DNA of 38,622 bases from Acidobacteriota bacterium (GTDB lineage Bacteria; Acidobacteriota; Vicinamibacteria; Vicinamibacterales; 2-12-FULL-66-21), in NCBI GenBank assembly GCA_031425515.1, contig JANPJN010000808.1, positions 1 to 38,622 of the forward strand, read 5' to 3'. Of this stretch, positions 38,551-38,622 are shown piece after piece (the stretch's first letter is position 1; every line of letters begins with the position of its first letter). Under the pieces are notes generated by a model, which did no database searches, was not told where the DNA came from, and saw nothing but the letters and a program-made list of their open reading frames with translations. The position numbers were made by a program, and so were the translations under genes.

Positions 38551-38622
38551 TTATTTTCATCGGATTTGTTTTCACGCTCATCTCTTTTTCTTCGTGTGAT
38601 GATGCGCGTTTGTATGATGAAA

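Noticed and set aside
38288-38581. A 97-aa minus-strand ORF (MSVKTNPMKIKNRLPRRC...) and the plus-strand ORFs 38081-38437, 38002-38319 and 37715-37951.
   Set aside because: They have no recognisable motifs. They overlap the much better supported HAD frames or the hydrolase-like fragment in other frames.
37689-38622. A search for an att-type direct repeat of the tRNA-Gly 3' end, and for integrase, transposase or IS inverted repeats downstream of the tRNA.
   Set aside because: Nothing convincing was found within the 930 nt available. gttcgaacc at about 38045 is only a partial resemblance. A mobile element cannot be called from this window.

Overview
This is a high-G+C bacterial chromosomal segment from a diderm organism (BamD is present). 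The phylum cannot be assigned without a database search. The window is almost entirely core metabolism and envelope or translation housekeeping, not an accessory island.

Gene content, in order:
- Minus strand 13617 to 3142: an 11-gene aromatic amino-acid supraoperon. It contains fused aroD-aroE, trpE, trpG, trpD, trpC, trpF, trpB, trpA, chorismate mutase, DAHP synthase and prephenate dehydrogenase. Most gene junctions overlap.
- Downstream of it: acetoacetyl-CoA synthetase and a translationally coupled JAMM/MPN+ protein.
- The 322-nt region upstream of the supraoperon looks like a ribosome-mediated attenuator. It has a leader ORF with an F-W-W-W-Y codon run, a G-run antiterminator and a strong intrinsic terminator.
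- A SpoIVB-like S55 peptidase and a beta-propeller/Ig protein (+).
- A ZAS anti-sigma and ECF sigma pair (-) with a sigmaE-type promoter.
- A TPR protein plus two Dpp/Opp-type ABC permeases with no ATPase or binding protein (+).
- A 1114-aa sigma54 activator whose N-terminal kinase-like and STAND-like modules look catalytically dead (-).
- A co-directional block of about 8.4 kb: aroC-def-fmt-rsmB-PASTA protein-rpe-thioesterase-epimerase-bamD-secreted protein (+).
- pgsA (-), a sugar nucleotidyltransferase and a phosphomannomutase (+), then tRNA-Gly(CCC).
- Right of the tRNA the G+C visibly drops and only decayed genes are seen: a HAD hydrolase with two frameshifts, a hydrolase C-terminal fragment, and an AT-rich edge.

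I saw no CRISPR array, transposase, integrase, toxin-antitoxin pair or recognisable defence system. The many long alternative-frame ORFs in the track are high-G+C artefacts. The most novel-looking items are the attenuator, the sigma54 activator architecture, and a kinase-less PASTA protein sitting where PrkC sits in Firmicutes.
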